Assembly (NCBI GenBank): GCA_965197925.1
Contig: CBDAOC010000020.1
Coordinates: 992,001 to 1,056,000 of the forward strand
DNA: 64,000 nucleotides
Reading direction: 5' to 3'
DNA from: Nitrososphaerales archaeon
GTDB taxonomy: Archaea > Thermoproteota > Nitrososphaeria > Nitrososphaerales > UBA213
The translations under genes and the position numbers were made by a program. Under the pieces are notes generated by a model, which saw nothing but the letters and a program-made list of their open reading frames with translations, was not told the DNA's origin and ran no database searches. Below, one piece after another: positions 10,747-21,447 of this stretch (its first letter is position 1; each line of letters opens with the position of its first letter).

Positions 10747-12171
10747 ATGAATAGAGATTATTTGATGTTTAGTCTTGTAACATCCCTATTGGTTTTTTCG
10801 GCTTTGAGTTATAGTTCAGCGTTTGGTCATGGTCTAGCAGGTGATATGCCACCACCCGTTGATCTAAGTGGTAAGAATGTGACAGTTTTTGTCAAGATGA
10901 GTCCTGCCGCATTGAGTGCTAGCGCTCCTGAAGATGCTACACTTGATATAAGATTCTTCGATACCAAAACTGATGAAAACTTTGAGCAGGTCACGTACCG
11001 AGTGTGGGTGAAGAAAGAGGGCGAATTGTTAATGAATGAGTGGTTTTATCATCCCAATGGAGATCTGCAGATAAAGATCAGACCTACGGATACAGAAAAG
11101 GTAAAGGTTTATGGTGAGCAGGAATTGCAGCTGGGAGGATGGTTTGGTAGAGGCGGACCTCCGGTTGTGGAAGCGCCTATATTTCTTGAAGGTGGATTGT
11201 ATAATATTTTTGTAGAGATATTTACCGTTGGTACTACTAGGCAGATATTGGATCCACCATTGGAATTTGATGCTTGGGTAAGTGTGGCTGAAGATAATTT
11301 ATTCACAGTTGTTGACAATGGCAAAGAATATCCAATCACGGTTAGAACTTACTTCGACACGATAAGTGAGTTTGAGTTTGATGAGAATAACAAGACATTA
11401 ACCTTTAGAATGCCATTCAACTGGGAGCCTCAATTTACAAAGCTGGTCTATGTAGTACATGAAGAGATTATCGTTCCAAAGGATTTTCAGCAATTCATTG
11501 AATCAGGCAAATATCAAGCAAGTGTGAACGATGTTCCAATAGTGGGGAGGGCTCTCCTTGTGGATCCATATTCTTTTGAAGACAAACTCGTGATACATTA
11601 CTTGATTCCTACTCAGGAACTTGAGCAGATAGGTGAGCAAATTGCAACGGATTCTACATATCCAGAAGAGATGGTATTTAGCCTCAGACCAATCGAAGGC
11701 AGTGAAATAAGTAAAGGCAATAGCATGAATCTGTTCACCGATAACAACAAGGTAAGGATAGTGGTTGGATGGAATCAGGAGATGATCGAACCCACCGAGC
11801 CTGTGAATTTTGATCTTACCTTTTTCGATACAGATACCAACGCTATAATGCGTGATGTTAATTATAACTTTAAAATATTCGATGATAATGGTAATGAGAT
11901 TTACTTTAGGAATAATATGTTAAGTGCTGAAGGGATAGACACGCATACCCATACATTTGAAAGCATTGGTTCCGCTACAATACAGATTCATGTGTTAGGC
12001 ACTGGTTCATTTACTCAGATAGATGACTCCCTCATGGGAACTGCTGAAGGTTCGATAAGTATCGTGCCAGAGTTTCCCATCGGCGCTATAATAGCCATGG
12101 CAGGTGCTGTTACTGCGGTATTATTATTCACACGTGCTAAGCTATTTCCTGATTTGATGAAAATTCATTGA
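10747..12171 (+). CDS. PEF-CTERM surface protein with predicted mature His1
   Basis: Signal ends SAFG then HGL; C-terminal IVPEFP + TM; paralogous to 12142 and 29435. Confidence 0.85.
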   Translation: MNRDYLMFSLVTSLLVFSALSYSSAFGHGLAGDMPPPVDLSGKNVTVFVKMSPAALSASAPEDATLDIRFFDTKTDENFEQVTYRVWVKKEGELLMNEWFYHPNGDLQIKIRPTDTEKVKVYGEQELQLGGWFGRGGPPVVEAPIFLEGGLYNIFVEIFTVGTTRQILDPPLEFDAWVSVAEDNLFTVVDNGKEYPITVRTYFDTISEFEFDENNKTLTFRMPFNWEPQFTKLVYVVHEEIIVPKDFQQFIESGKYQASVNDVPIVGRALLVDPYSFEDKLVIHYLIPTQELEQIGEQIATDSTYPEEMVFSLRPIEGSEISKGNSMNLFTDNNKVRIVVGWNQEMIEPTEPVNFDLTFFDTDTNAIMRDVNYNFKIFDDNGNEIYFRNNMLSAEGIDTHTHTFESIGSATIQIHVLGTGSFTQIDDSLMGTAEGSISIVPEFPIGAIIAMAGAVTAVLLFTRAKLFPDLMKIH

Positions 12172-13521
12172 TCCACATCTCGTAATTACTATCATGGTAG
12201 AAACTATAGCAAGAAAAATTACAAATGGGCCCAATGGAAATTCAGGTACCACGGTTATGAGCAGAGGCGCAGACTCGCCTGTATTGTTTATGTTTTCAAT
12301 TAGTAGAAGTATGGTCCCCGTCTGTTCTTCAGTAAAGGTATAATCCTGCACTATTGCTCCAATGGGAGCTTTGTGATGCTTTCTTACAATCTCCTTTCCA
12401 TCCTTGAAAATCACCAGGTCAGCACTAGAATTTTTCAGTGTGTCAAGTGTTTTGGGGTCTCTTAATGTAACTATGAATTTTGTGGGTTTGCCAGGTTCTA
12501 TAATCCCTGGACTCCATGATATCTGTAGTAAGAAATTTTCCTTCGCAGATAAGATCTCCAGAGGAAATTTTGGAATATCCCTTGGCATAAGTGTAAATAC
12601 AGAAACATTCTGTTCAGGTTTTTGATTTTGTGCTATTCTTATCAACCTATCCTTTCCCACAATGAAATGCACTGTTCGCGTGTTCTCGTATGAATAATCA
12701 TCGAGTAGCAATTCCCTGTTTGAAACTTCAACACCGTTTATTGTTCCGATGTAACTGTTGGACATCAGTCCAGCAAAGTCATTGGAAATCTGTACCTCCT
12801 GATGAATAAAGGGAATCTGGATGAGATAGTTAACATTCCATTCTAATGGCATTCTAAAAGTTATCTTCCTTTCAGAACTATCATAAGAAAGATCACTTAT
12901 TTCATCATAGTAAGTCTTGATGAACAGCATTTGTTTATTATCTTCAGCATCCAAGACCTCATAGTGTGAAGTTTTACCCATACTTGCGAACAGATCGAAT
13001 TCCAAAGGCTCTTCAAGTTTATTTTCGTACTTCCACATTGACAAAACAGTGAATTTGTAATGATAAAGTCCCCCAACAAGCACCTTTCCCTTGACCAAAG
13101 CAGGATTGTCAAAATTCACATTAAGAGCATTGTATAGGGATTCCCTATTACCGTACACTTCCATCCTTTCATTATTGACATGTTCAAAACGCATTGCTAT
13201 TATTCCATCATGACTATGAAACTTATCGTCGAGTAGAATTTCTCCGGCGCGTATGATCTTTACATTGAGTGTTACATGGGGAACAGTGTTGTCGTTGTTA
13301 ATTTCCCGCAGCCGTATTGATGCACTACCAACTTTATCGTCTTCCGTCAGAAATACAGGATTCATGTCTAATGTTATGGAAATTCTTTTATTATCAACCA
13401 ATACCGATCTTGATTCATCGAATCCCAACCCCTGTCCAAATGAGAACTGTTGTATCGAGCTTATTGATACTATTAGTATACCTAGGGCCATCAGTACAGA
13501 AATTGGAATAGACACATTCAT
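12142..13521 (-). CDS. PEF-CTERM surface protein, paralogue with Gln in place of His1
   Basis: SFG then QGLG; TYYD...MPLEW...HQE...VHF motifs; VVPEFP + TM. Confidence 0.85.
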   Translation of the reverse strand: MNVSIPISVLMALGILIVSISSIQQFSFGQGLGFDESRSVLVDNKRISITLDMNPVFLTEDDKVGSASIRLREINNDNTVPHVTLNVKIIRAGEILLDDKFHSHDGIIAMRFEHVNNERMEVYGNRESLYNALNVNFDNPALVKGKVLVGGLYHYKFTVLSMWKYENKLEEPLEFDLFASMGKTSHYEVLDAEDNKQMLFIKTYYDEISDLSYDSSERKITFRMPLEWNVNYLIQIPFIHQEVQISNDFAGLMSNSYIGTINGVEVSNRELLLDDYSYENTRTVHFIVGKDRLIRIAQNQKPEQNVSVFTLMPRDIPKFPLEILSAKENFLLQISWSPGIIEPGKPTKFIVTLRDPKTLDTLKNSSADLVIFKDGKEIVRKHHKAPIGAIVQDYTFTEEQTGTILLLIENINNTGESAPLLITVVPEFPLGPFVIFLAIVSTMIVITRCGSMNFHQIRK

Positions 13522-13564
13522 GTTAAAAAAAATCTAGTCTCCCCAATAAATATATTCAGAAATG

Positions 13565-14251
13565 TTAGAAATCTTCACCCTTTCTTTTTCTGGTTAGAGA
13601 AAATATTGCTACAATCACACCTGCAGCTCCAAGTCCAATACCCATCATGCCAAAGTTGTAAGCCCTTTCGGCATCTTTGCGTAGACCTGATGATAGTTCT
13701 AGAGCTTCAGAAGCACTGTCTTCAGCATTACTGATCCTTCCCGATACTTGATCCACGGTTACCTGCAATTGATTCACTGAAGACTGTATTTGTGATGCAA
13801 GGTTTTTCAACTCGGTAGAGTCTGCTGAGGTATCTGGAAATGCCAATTTCTGTTTACCCTCTGTATCTTCTATCGGGATGTCAGCTTCAACATTATTTCC
13901 ATCAACCATGCCCTTGATCGAGACCACATAACTTCCAGGCCTGGTTGGGATGATGGGAGACAAGTAAGTACCTAATTCTTCCCCCGGGTCTATATCAATA
14001 GTCCTTACAACACCACCATACTTTACCTCTATTGTGATGCTTCTGGGGTCTATAACTAAAGGATTAGAATCCTTTGAAAACCCTAAAAATATGGAATTTA
14101 GTTCTCCAACAAGAGGAGGTTCATTTTCCCATCCAACTTCTATAACGGCTTCTCCTACATGAATATCAGTATGAGCATATACTTGATGGACAAGAGAGAA
14201 AGAAAGCAAAGATACCACTAGTACAACTGTCGAACATTCTAATCTATTCAC
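13565..14251 (-). CDS. Secreted His1 protein with coiled coil and C-terminal TM anchor
   Basis: VYA then HTDIH; VGWENEPP; IIPTRPGSY; terminal TM + KRK. Confidence 0.7.
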   Translation of the reverse strand: MNRLECSTVVLVVSLLSFSLVHQVYAHTDIHVGEAVIEVGWENEPPLVGELNSIFLGFSKDSNPLVIDPRSITIEVKYGGVVRTIDIDPGEELGTYLSPIIPTRPGSYVVSIKGMVDGNNVEADIPIEDTEGKQKLAFPDTSADSTELKNLASQIQSSVNQLQVTVDQVSGRISNAEDSASEALELSSGLRKDAERAYNFGMMGIGLGAAGVIVAIFSLTRKRKGEDF

Positions 14252-14367
14252 ACAAAGAGTGGCTAGTTATCCAAATATTACCTTTGTGGAAAAACATGGA
14301 TTATAAATTATAGAATTCCTTACAACTGCACAAGACACAAATAGCAATCCGGGCATTTTTAGTTTTA

Positions 14368-17226
14368 TTGAATAATCATTTTTTAAAAGTGTGTCATGTA
14401 GGCGCTATAAGTTTCGTTCTCTTGATCACACAATTTTCGGTATTACCTGCCTTTGCTCATCCATTCACCGTTGATACGGAACCGGTGGGACTTGAGCAGT
14501 TACAACAGTCACCTGATAAAGTAGTGATAACATACAGCGAACCTGTTGAAGAAGGGTTCAGTACAATAAAAGTAACTGATTCTTCAGGTAATAGAGTAGA
14601 TAATGACGACGCAGGATTCTATCAGGATGATCAGTCGATGCTCATTGTTACTTTACAACCACTACAAGACGATGTATACGCTGTTACATCGAAAGTCTTG
14701 TCACAGGTGGATGGGCATGTGGTAGAATTCACTTATGCCTTCATTGTAGGTATTCCAGGCGTACCCATCCCTGCTGATACTGGTGTTCAAACTACTACGC
14801 CCGCGATTTTCTTGCCAGAATCATTATCCAGATTTCCTGGACTTGTTGGTCAGGTGATTATTGTTGGTATCAGCTTTGCAACACTATTCCTTTGGAGACC
14901 TATAGATAAGGTAGGCAACATTGACTCTGCTATCTCACAGATTAGATCCTCAATTGACCGACGATTTAAGAAACTGTTGATTATTGGTGTGATACTTGTA
15001 TTGGCTTCAGGTTTTGCAATGATCTTTGTACAGGCAGCATCATTAGGAGCTGGTATTGAAACTGCACTTGCAACAAATTTCGGTAGTACTTGGCTTGTAA
15101 GAATGTTGATAGCGTTAATAATCCTAGGGTTATACTTTGCTCTAAGAACTAAGAATCCTCTGAAGAAAATTCATCATGTATCTATTCTTGCAGTTGGAAT
15201 AGTATTGCTCGCAACAACTACCATGATGGGTCATGGTTATGCAACTACAATACCAATTGCCGGAGTACTGGACTTTGTACATAATTTGGTGGCATCGGCA
15301 TGGATTGGAGGTCTCATCTACCTTGGATTTGTTGCAATACCTTCTATTAGGAAAATAGGATTGAATTTCAAATCTGCTATTATCGCATTGCTAATCCCAA
15401 GGTTCTCAATGATGACCGTGGTTATTCTTGGGGTAGTAGGGATAACAGGACCGCTCTTACTATGGATGCTTGAAAGCAATGTCAATAGTCTCCTATTGAC
15501 ATCTTACGGGAAGATTCTGATAACCAAAATTTCGCTTGCTGGGTTTATGATTGGGGTAGGAGCATTCAATCAATTCATTATTCACAGTAAGTCAGTTACT
15601 ATCATTAAGTCAGGTGAAGGTAGTAAACGAACGGGTGTGTATAGGAGGTTCAACAAAAGTCTCAAGGTAGAGTCAGCAATAGGTATTGCGCTTTTGTTAA
15701 GCGTCGCTCTCTTGACGAATACATCCCTTCCAGGGGGTGAGTTGCCTGTTGAGACATTATCTGCAAAACAGATTGATGATACTCAAATAGTCGATGGGAG
15801 TTCGCAGAGGAAGTTAATGCAGACATTATTTGTTGATGAATCTATAGTAAATATTTCAATCAAGCCTGCAAGGATTGGAATGAATGAGGTGACGGTAACC
15901 ATAACGGATAGTACGGGTAAGGCGTTGGACGACATTGAGAAAGTCCAGATAAAATTAACACAAGTAAAGGAAGGCATAGGCCCACTAATTTCTGGATTAA
16001 CGAAAGTTAAAGATACAAATTTTGATGGTAATACTACTTTAACTGCAAATGGTCGTTGGAATATAGAAGTTCTGGCCCAGAGACAGACAGCTTTGAGTAT
16101 TGTTGCATTATTTGATGTGGTGATAAAGCCTGAACTTAGTGAACTACAGTTCAAGGTAGAAGAATATGCAATGCCAGAAGGTGACTCACTCCCCCTTTAC
16201 CCACTTTACAGCGACGGCATTCTGTGGGTAAGTGATACAGTCAAACCAAGGATATGGAGTTTCAATATCGAGAATAAACAATTCAACAAGTATGATCTGG
16301 GTGGAAATCTTACCACTTTGCTTGACCTGGATTCAAAGGGAAATGTATGGTTCCTTGATCCAGTAAGCAGGGAATTTGGTTATCTAACACCCGATGATGG
16401 AATATTCAAGACCTACGGTACACCTTCCTCAGGACTTCCTGTCTCGCTTGATATAGATTTTAACGATAATGTATGGATAGCCTTGCTGGACACAAATAAG
16501 ATTATGAAGTTCAGCTTATCCAACGAGAAATTTGAAATCTTTGTGCTCCCAACGGAAGAATCACAGCCTTCCGCTGTAAAGGTTGACGATTTTGGTACAG
16601 TTTGGTTTGTTGAGGCGGCAGCTGGAAAGATAGGGAGAATGGATCCTGATACGGGAAACATTGAAGAATTCATTCCTCCAACTGGACCACTGGCAGAACC
16701 CTTTGCCTTGTTGATAGATGAAGATGGAAACATCTGGATTGCAGAGCACATTGGCCCTAAGGTAACACGTTTTGATCCAACTCTGCAGACTTTTACCGGT
16801 TTTCTAGCATTGGATCAGGATTCCTTGCCATATGGGATGACGCTGGACAAATTAGGTAACATTTGGTTCGCACAACATGTAGTTGACAACCTTGGTGTGT
16901 TGAATCCACAAAGCAATAACATGGTTGATGTTCAGGTACCAACTCCGACATCCTTTACCCAGTGGTTGACTATAGATGATACAGGAAAGATATGGTTTGC
17001 CGAGCAACGAGGTTCGAAGATAGGCAGTGTAACGATTACACAGAAACTTATAAGCCCCATGATTCAAGCCAAACCCGAAGCGGTACCAAAACTACTCGAG
17101 ATAAATTATGTTGATCTAGTTGCCCCTGGCATGTCTGTAGGAATAATCGTATCTTCTTTATTTTACGTTAAGAGCGTACATGATCTGAGAAGGAGTATTA
17201 AACTCGTGAAGGCAACAGTTCGATAG
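14368..17226 (+). CDS. CopC-CopD-Ig-like-Vgb-type beta-propeller fusion, putative copper uptake protein
   Basis: AFA then HP...P; YSEPVE; VLSQVDGH (CopC); GH, HNLVASAWIGG and YGKILITK (CopD); repeated D..GNIWF blades. Confidence 0.85.
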   Translation: MNNHFLKVCHVGAISFVLLITQFSVLPAFAHPFTVDTEPVGLEQLQQSPDKVVITYSEPVEEGFSTIKVTDSSGNRVDNDDAGFYQDDQSMLIVTLQPLQDDVYAVTSKVLSQVDGHVVEFTYAFIVGIPGVPIPADTGVQTTTPAIFLPESLSRFPGLVGQVIIVGISFATLFLWRPIDKVGNIDSAISQIRSSIDRRFKKLLIIGVILVLASGFAMIFVQAASLGAGIETALATNFGSTWLVRMLIALIILGLYFALRTKNPLKKIHHVSILAVGIVLLATTTMMGHGYATTIPIAGVLDFVHNLVASAWIGGLIYLGFVAIPSIRKIGLNFKSAIIALLIPRFSMMTVVILGVVGITGPLLLWMLESNVNSLLLTSYGKILITKISLAGFMIGVGAFNQFIIHSKSVTIIKSGEGSKRTGVYRRFNKSLKVESAIGIALLLSVALLTNTSLPGGELPVETLSAKQIDDTQIVDGSSQRKLMQTLFVDESIVNISIKPARIGMNEVTVTITDSTGKALDDIEKVQIKLTQVKEGIGPLISGLTKVKDTNFDGNTTLTANGRWNIEVLAQRQTALSIVALFDVVIKPELSELQFKVEEYAMPEGDSLPLYPLYSDGILWVSDTVKPRIWSFNIENKQFNKYDLGGNLTTLLDLDSKGNVWFLDPVSREFGYLTPDDGIFKTYGTPSSGLPVSLDIDFNDNVWIALLDTNKIMKFSLSNEKFEIFVLPTEESQPSAVKVDDFGTVWFVEAAAGKIGRMDPDTGNIEEFIPPTGPLAEPFALLIDEDGNIWIAEHIGPKVTRFDPTLQTFTGFLALDQDSLPYGMTLDKLGNIWFAQHVVDNLGVLNPQSNNMVDVQVPTPTSFTQWLTIDDTGKIWFAEQRGSKIGSVTITQKLISPMIQAKPEAVPKLLEINYVDLVAPGMSVGIIVSSLFYVKSVHDLRRSIKLVKATVR

Positions 17227-17450
17227 TTGTTCTAGAATATACGAAAACGTAAACTAACCAATTTAAAATTTTGACAAATCTGCCGGCTATTATATAATAC
17301 CAAAAAAATTGTTTATGGTTGAATGAATTGGTAACGGCGAGGTTAGGTCACAACGATGTATGGTACTGCATCCTGTTGTGATACTGATATGAGCGTAAAG
17401 GAACTTGAAGGATATATATTCTGTGGGAATTATGCTCAATCCTTAGCCAT

Positions 17451-17795
17451 CTAAAATTCTCGCTCCTCATATTCCTTAGAACGTTTAATGTCATGATCTA
17501 ATGATCTTATGTAATAATCCAGCCATGATAAAACATTTACGTCGGTTTCTTTTTTCCTTAATTCTTCAAATCGTTTTTTCTTTTTTTCATAGTGTACTGT
17601 TTCAGAACCTGTCCAACCCTCAATATTAAAACTCATGCACGAGTATCTTTTTACCTCTTCTTGATCTCCGTATTTTACCAGAAATTCTCTAATTTCTTCA
17701 AATTTTGGTGGAAGAAAACTTGCAACGTAGCCAAGCCTCGATTTTTCGTCTTCATTTATCCATGCGATAATGTCAGACATGGGAATTATAGTCAT
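17451..17795 (-). pseudogene. Orphan C-terminal fragment resembling the tail of large P-loop NTPase (defence-type) proteins
   Basis: GWTGSE...WLDYYIRSL...EEREF tail pattern; no upstream ORF. Confidence 0.4.
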
Positions 17796-18407
17796 TATTC
17801 CATTCCTTAGCCATTCTCGTATGCCGTGCGCTCTTGAATCTATGGGATCATTCAGAACCAGATTTCAGACATAGGTAAAATCAGACCGAAAATAAGAGAA
17901 ATGAACCTAAATGCAAATCGCAAGAGATTCTGGTTAGGAAGTTTAAAATCAATAGATTCTACAGTATCCAATGATTCTATGCCTTTATCGATGAATTACT
18001 TTAAGAAAGAAGAGATTTAGCTAGATTGTATGGATTTCAATGAATCTGCTCCAAATATACCTGAAGAAAACTAGTTCTTGAGGATGTAGCCACAGCTGTG
18101 CTAAACCTTATTTTGCTTTCGGAATCGTAAATTCCCTCTTAGGGATGCTCATTGTGTAAAATGTGGAGCAATAGGACAGAGGAAGAACTATCAGGACAGC
18201 ACAAACTTAAGGTTCATGAAGGCAATTGAAGGAGATGAAGTTATACGTTTCGACAACACATAGGTGCAGTATGTCTCATGCTAACATTCATGTAGGAACC
18301 TACCCTTAGCAAGTTTTAACAGGACGCAGGCTTGTGCCTACGTTTTCGGTCTAAATACAACTGAAATTTTATCTGTAAGTTCAAGTATAGTTAACATACC
18401 ACTAATA

Positions 18408-21400
18408 GTGATAGAGATGAATCAGCCTAACACAAAAGATGAAATGCTCGAACTTATTAAGAATGAATCAATTAAAAAAAATTATAACTTTGAGACTCTA
18501 CCTGGTTATCTCTTTAAAATAGTATCCAATAGCCTAGAGATCAGGGGTAGTATTCATGAAACGGGTAAGGAGGATGTCAAGGTTAAGGACAAGTGTTGGA
18601 TAGGAATTTGGAATCCTATATGGGAGTTCTTTGATGAACTCGGAGACAGATCAAAATGCTTTATCATTGAAATAGATCATCTACAAAACAACCATGTGGT
18701 CATTCCAGTGGACAGAATACCAGAATCTGCTCTTCAACCAGTCGGCAGTGGTCGTGGTTTGTCATTTATTCTAAAAAGAAAGAATGGTTCTTATCAAATA
18801 AATCGGAATGAATCTTTTTCCCTAACAGAATATACTAATAACCTTGAGAAAATGTATGAAGCGCTCTTGCAGGAATCAGTATCTGCTACTGACTCGCTTT
18901 GCAATGAGATCGTTAAGTTAGCGGATCCACAGAAATATTTGGATTCATTAAATAGAGATACTATTACCAGGTGGACAGAAGCACTAAAACCACTCAATGC
19001 TAAATCGTCAGATGCTTCGTATTACGAGTGGATATCTAAATTGGATTTAAATACACTTACCGAAATTTACGAATTCATTATCCATAAAGAGCAGACTATA
19101 GAAAACGAAATTGATATATCTGCCATACCCCGTGTTGATAACCTGTCGGGCGCTGCTGTTGTAGTCATGTGCGGTCTTCGTTTCTTACAGAGACAGGTTT
19201 TAGGTAAAGCCAACATGAATGCTCATAAATATACAGTATTAAAGTATCAACTTCAAAAGGCGTTAGAAGAGCAATCCAATTACTGGGTATTCGTCGTTAC
19301 TGATCATCCTAAAGAGAACCTAACTACGCAACAAATCTACGAAACGAGAATGAAGGATAAGTTCTGGGGCTTAAACGAAAGAACCCCGTTTCGTAATGTA
19401 CTTCGCAAGGGAGACAGAGTCATTTTTTCCTACGGTGCAAAGCAGTTTCTAGGTATTGCAGCATTGGCCTCTAGTTCGTTTGAATTGTCAAATGAGCAAA
19501 AGACCACTTTGTCACATGATAATGAATACTTTAAGCCGGATTATGGTGTGACGTTGACGGATATAATCACGTGGCAAACACCAAAGCCGATAGAATCAAT
19601 TATTGATATGCTGTCGTTCATAAAAAACAAAGATCAATACCATGCCTATTTCCAAGGTGGTATCAAAAGAATATCAAAAGAGGATTACGAAATCATTACC
19701 GGAGATTCCCTTGTACCCAAAGAAGAGATGAAAGAGGAAAGCAACTGGATTAAGGACCTTACACAAGCATTTATTGAACTTGGTGGACCAGGTAATTTCT
19801 ATCGTCTAAGTCAAATATACGAAACTATTGTGAAAATCAGAGAGCAACGGAGTGAGGGTCTGCCTAAGAATTATGAAGCCATGATCAGGTTCTATCTGGA
19901 AACGAATTCCCGTGGTACAGGTAGAGATTTGTTTGCACTGAAGGAAAAAGGATCTGGATATTGGATGTTAAAATCTAGCCCATCTACGCAAGAAAGGGGG
20001 ATTTGGAAAGTCACACCAGGGAAAACTGCACAATATTGGAATGAATTCCTATCAGCGGGAGTTATAGCAATAGGTTGGAATGAGTTACCTGATTTGTCTA
20101 ACGTAGAAAACAAAGAGGAACTCAAAAAATTATTCAGAGAAACATATCCAAATAGAAGTGATGATGAAGTGAATCATCAGACCGCGGAGATTTGGAATTT
20201 CGTCAAGGAAATTAAGGAAGATGATATAATTGTAGCAAACAAAGGAATAACCAAAATAGTTGGAATTGGAAAAGTGATAGGCAATTATTATCATGAACCT
20301 GACTTTGTTTATCACCACACAATTCCCGTAGATTGGTATGATACGAAAGAGAAGGACATACCACCACAAGCTTGGCAAAGGACTGTTATGAAATTAGAAG
20401 AGGATAAGATAAAAGAACTTGGCATTATCACAGAAGTAACAGTAGAAGAAATATACCTGAGAAAACCGCAGAATCTAGCAATAAGAATTCAGAATGTTAT
20501 GGAAAAACTAGCGGTATCAAGAGAGACACTTGAAGATATAGTGACTAACTTACTTGCTGGAAATCATGTGATTTTAATTGGTGCACCAGGAACGGGAAAG
20601 ACAGAATTGGCTAAATTACTTCCGAAATTATTCTTTGATAATAGTGATTCTCTTGATTCCGAAACAAATTACTGTGATATTGTTACGGCCAATGCTGACT
20701 GGACTACCTACGATGTTATTGGTGGACTAAAAAAAGTTGGTAATGATTTGAAGACCTACAAGGGATGCGTAGTAAAAGCAGTAGAGAAATGTTCACGCAC
20801 AAAGAGTCACTGGTTAATAATAGACGAGTTCAACAGAGCCGATATAGATAAGGCCTTTGGTGCTATGTTTACAGCAATGAATCATGGTTTTATTAATCAT
20901 CCATGGCTTAATCCTGATAAAGAAATGGAGGAAGGTGATGTATTAGTACCTGCAAATTTCCGCATTATCACCACGATGAACACCTTCGACAAAAATTATC
21001 TGTACACAATGTCTTATGGCCTGAGTCGCAGATTTGCGCATATAGACGTTCCTGTACCCCCAAGAGATCAAGAGAAAAAAATCTTAGATCGAGAGGTAAC
21101 TGAAAGGTTAAAAGGTTTTACTAGAGAGGAAGTAGAGAATATTCTTAGGTCAAAATTTTTCGTTAATGCAAAGGAGGAGTTGCTTAAAGTTGTCTATGAG
21201 ATTAGAAGCGAGTGTGGTTTACAAGTTGGAACCGCGCAGGTAATTTCAACACTTACTAGTATAGCAACATACTTGTTGCTGGGGAATGAGAATCAAACCG
21301 TAGACAGAGCGTTTCTTTCTAATGTAGTTGCTATTTTTGAAGGTCAACCCGATGACATGCTTGAAAAGATCATAGGTGCAGTGCCGTGGCGAGAGAGTAA

Positions 21401-21443
21401 GAAAAAGACAAAAGAACTCAAAGAGACAAGTCTTAAGGTGTGA
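18408..21443 (+). CDS. mcrB: McrB-family AAA+ GTPase with several N-terminal DNA-reader domains
   Basis: Walker A GAPGTGKT, Walker B IIDEFNRA, McrB NxxD motif MNTFD, LSRRF; EVE-like and wHTH domains upstream. Confidence 0.85.
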   Translation: MIEMNQPNTKDEMLELIKNESIKKNYNFETLPGYLFKIVSNSLEIRGSIHETGKEDVKVKDKCWIGIWNPIWEFFDELGDRSKCFIIEIDHLQNNHVVIPVDRIPESALQPVGSGRGLSFILKRKNGSYQINRNESFSLTEYTNNLEKMYEALLQESVSATDSLCNEIVKLADPQKYLDSLNRDTITRWTEALKPLNAKSSDASYYEWISKLDLNTLTEIYEFIIHKEQTIENEIDISAIPRVDNLSGAAVVVMCGLRFLQRQVLGKANMNAHKYTVLKYQLQKALEEQSNYWVFVVTDHPKENLTTQQIYETRMKDKFWGLNERTPFRNVLRKGDRVIFSYGAKQFLGIAALASSSFELSNEQKTTLSHDNEYFKPDYGVTLTDIITWQTPKPIESIIDMLSFIKNKDQYHAYFQGGIKRISKEDYEIITGDSLVPKEEMKEESNWIKDLTQAFIELGGPGNFYRLSQIYETIVKIREQRSEGLPKNYEAMIRFYLETNSRGTGRDLFALKEKGSGYWMLKSSPSTQERGIWKVTPGKTAQYWNEFLSAGVIAIGWNELPDLSNVENKEELKKLFRETYPNRSDDEVNHQTAEIWNFVKEIKEDDIIVANKGITKIVGIGKVIGNYYHEPDFVYHHTIPVDWYDTKEKDIPPQAWQRTVMKLEEDKIKELGIITEVTVEEIYLRKPQNLAIRIQNVMEKLAVSRETLEDIVTNLLAGNHVILIGAPGTGKTELAKLLPKLFFDNSDSLDSETNYCDIVTANADWTTYDVIGGLKKVGNDLKTYKGCVVKAVEKCSRTKSHWLIIDEFNRADIDKAFGAMFTAMNHGFINHPWLNPDKEMEEGDVLVPANFRIITTMNTFDKNYLYTMSYGLSRRFAHIDVPVPPRDQEKKILDREVTERLKGFTREEVENILRSKFFVNAKEELLKVVYEIRSECGLQVGTAQVISTLTSIATYLLLGNENQTVDRAFLSNVVAIFEGQPDDMLEKIIGAVPWRESKKKTKELKETSLKV

Positions 21444-21447
21444 TAGT

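Noticed and set aside
21376..21447. Longer GTG start for McrC overlapping McrB
   Set aside because: ATG at 21448, just after the McrB stop, is the more plausible start
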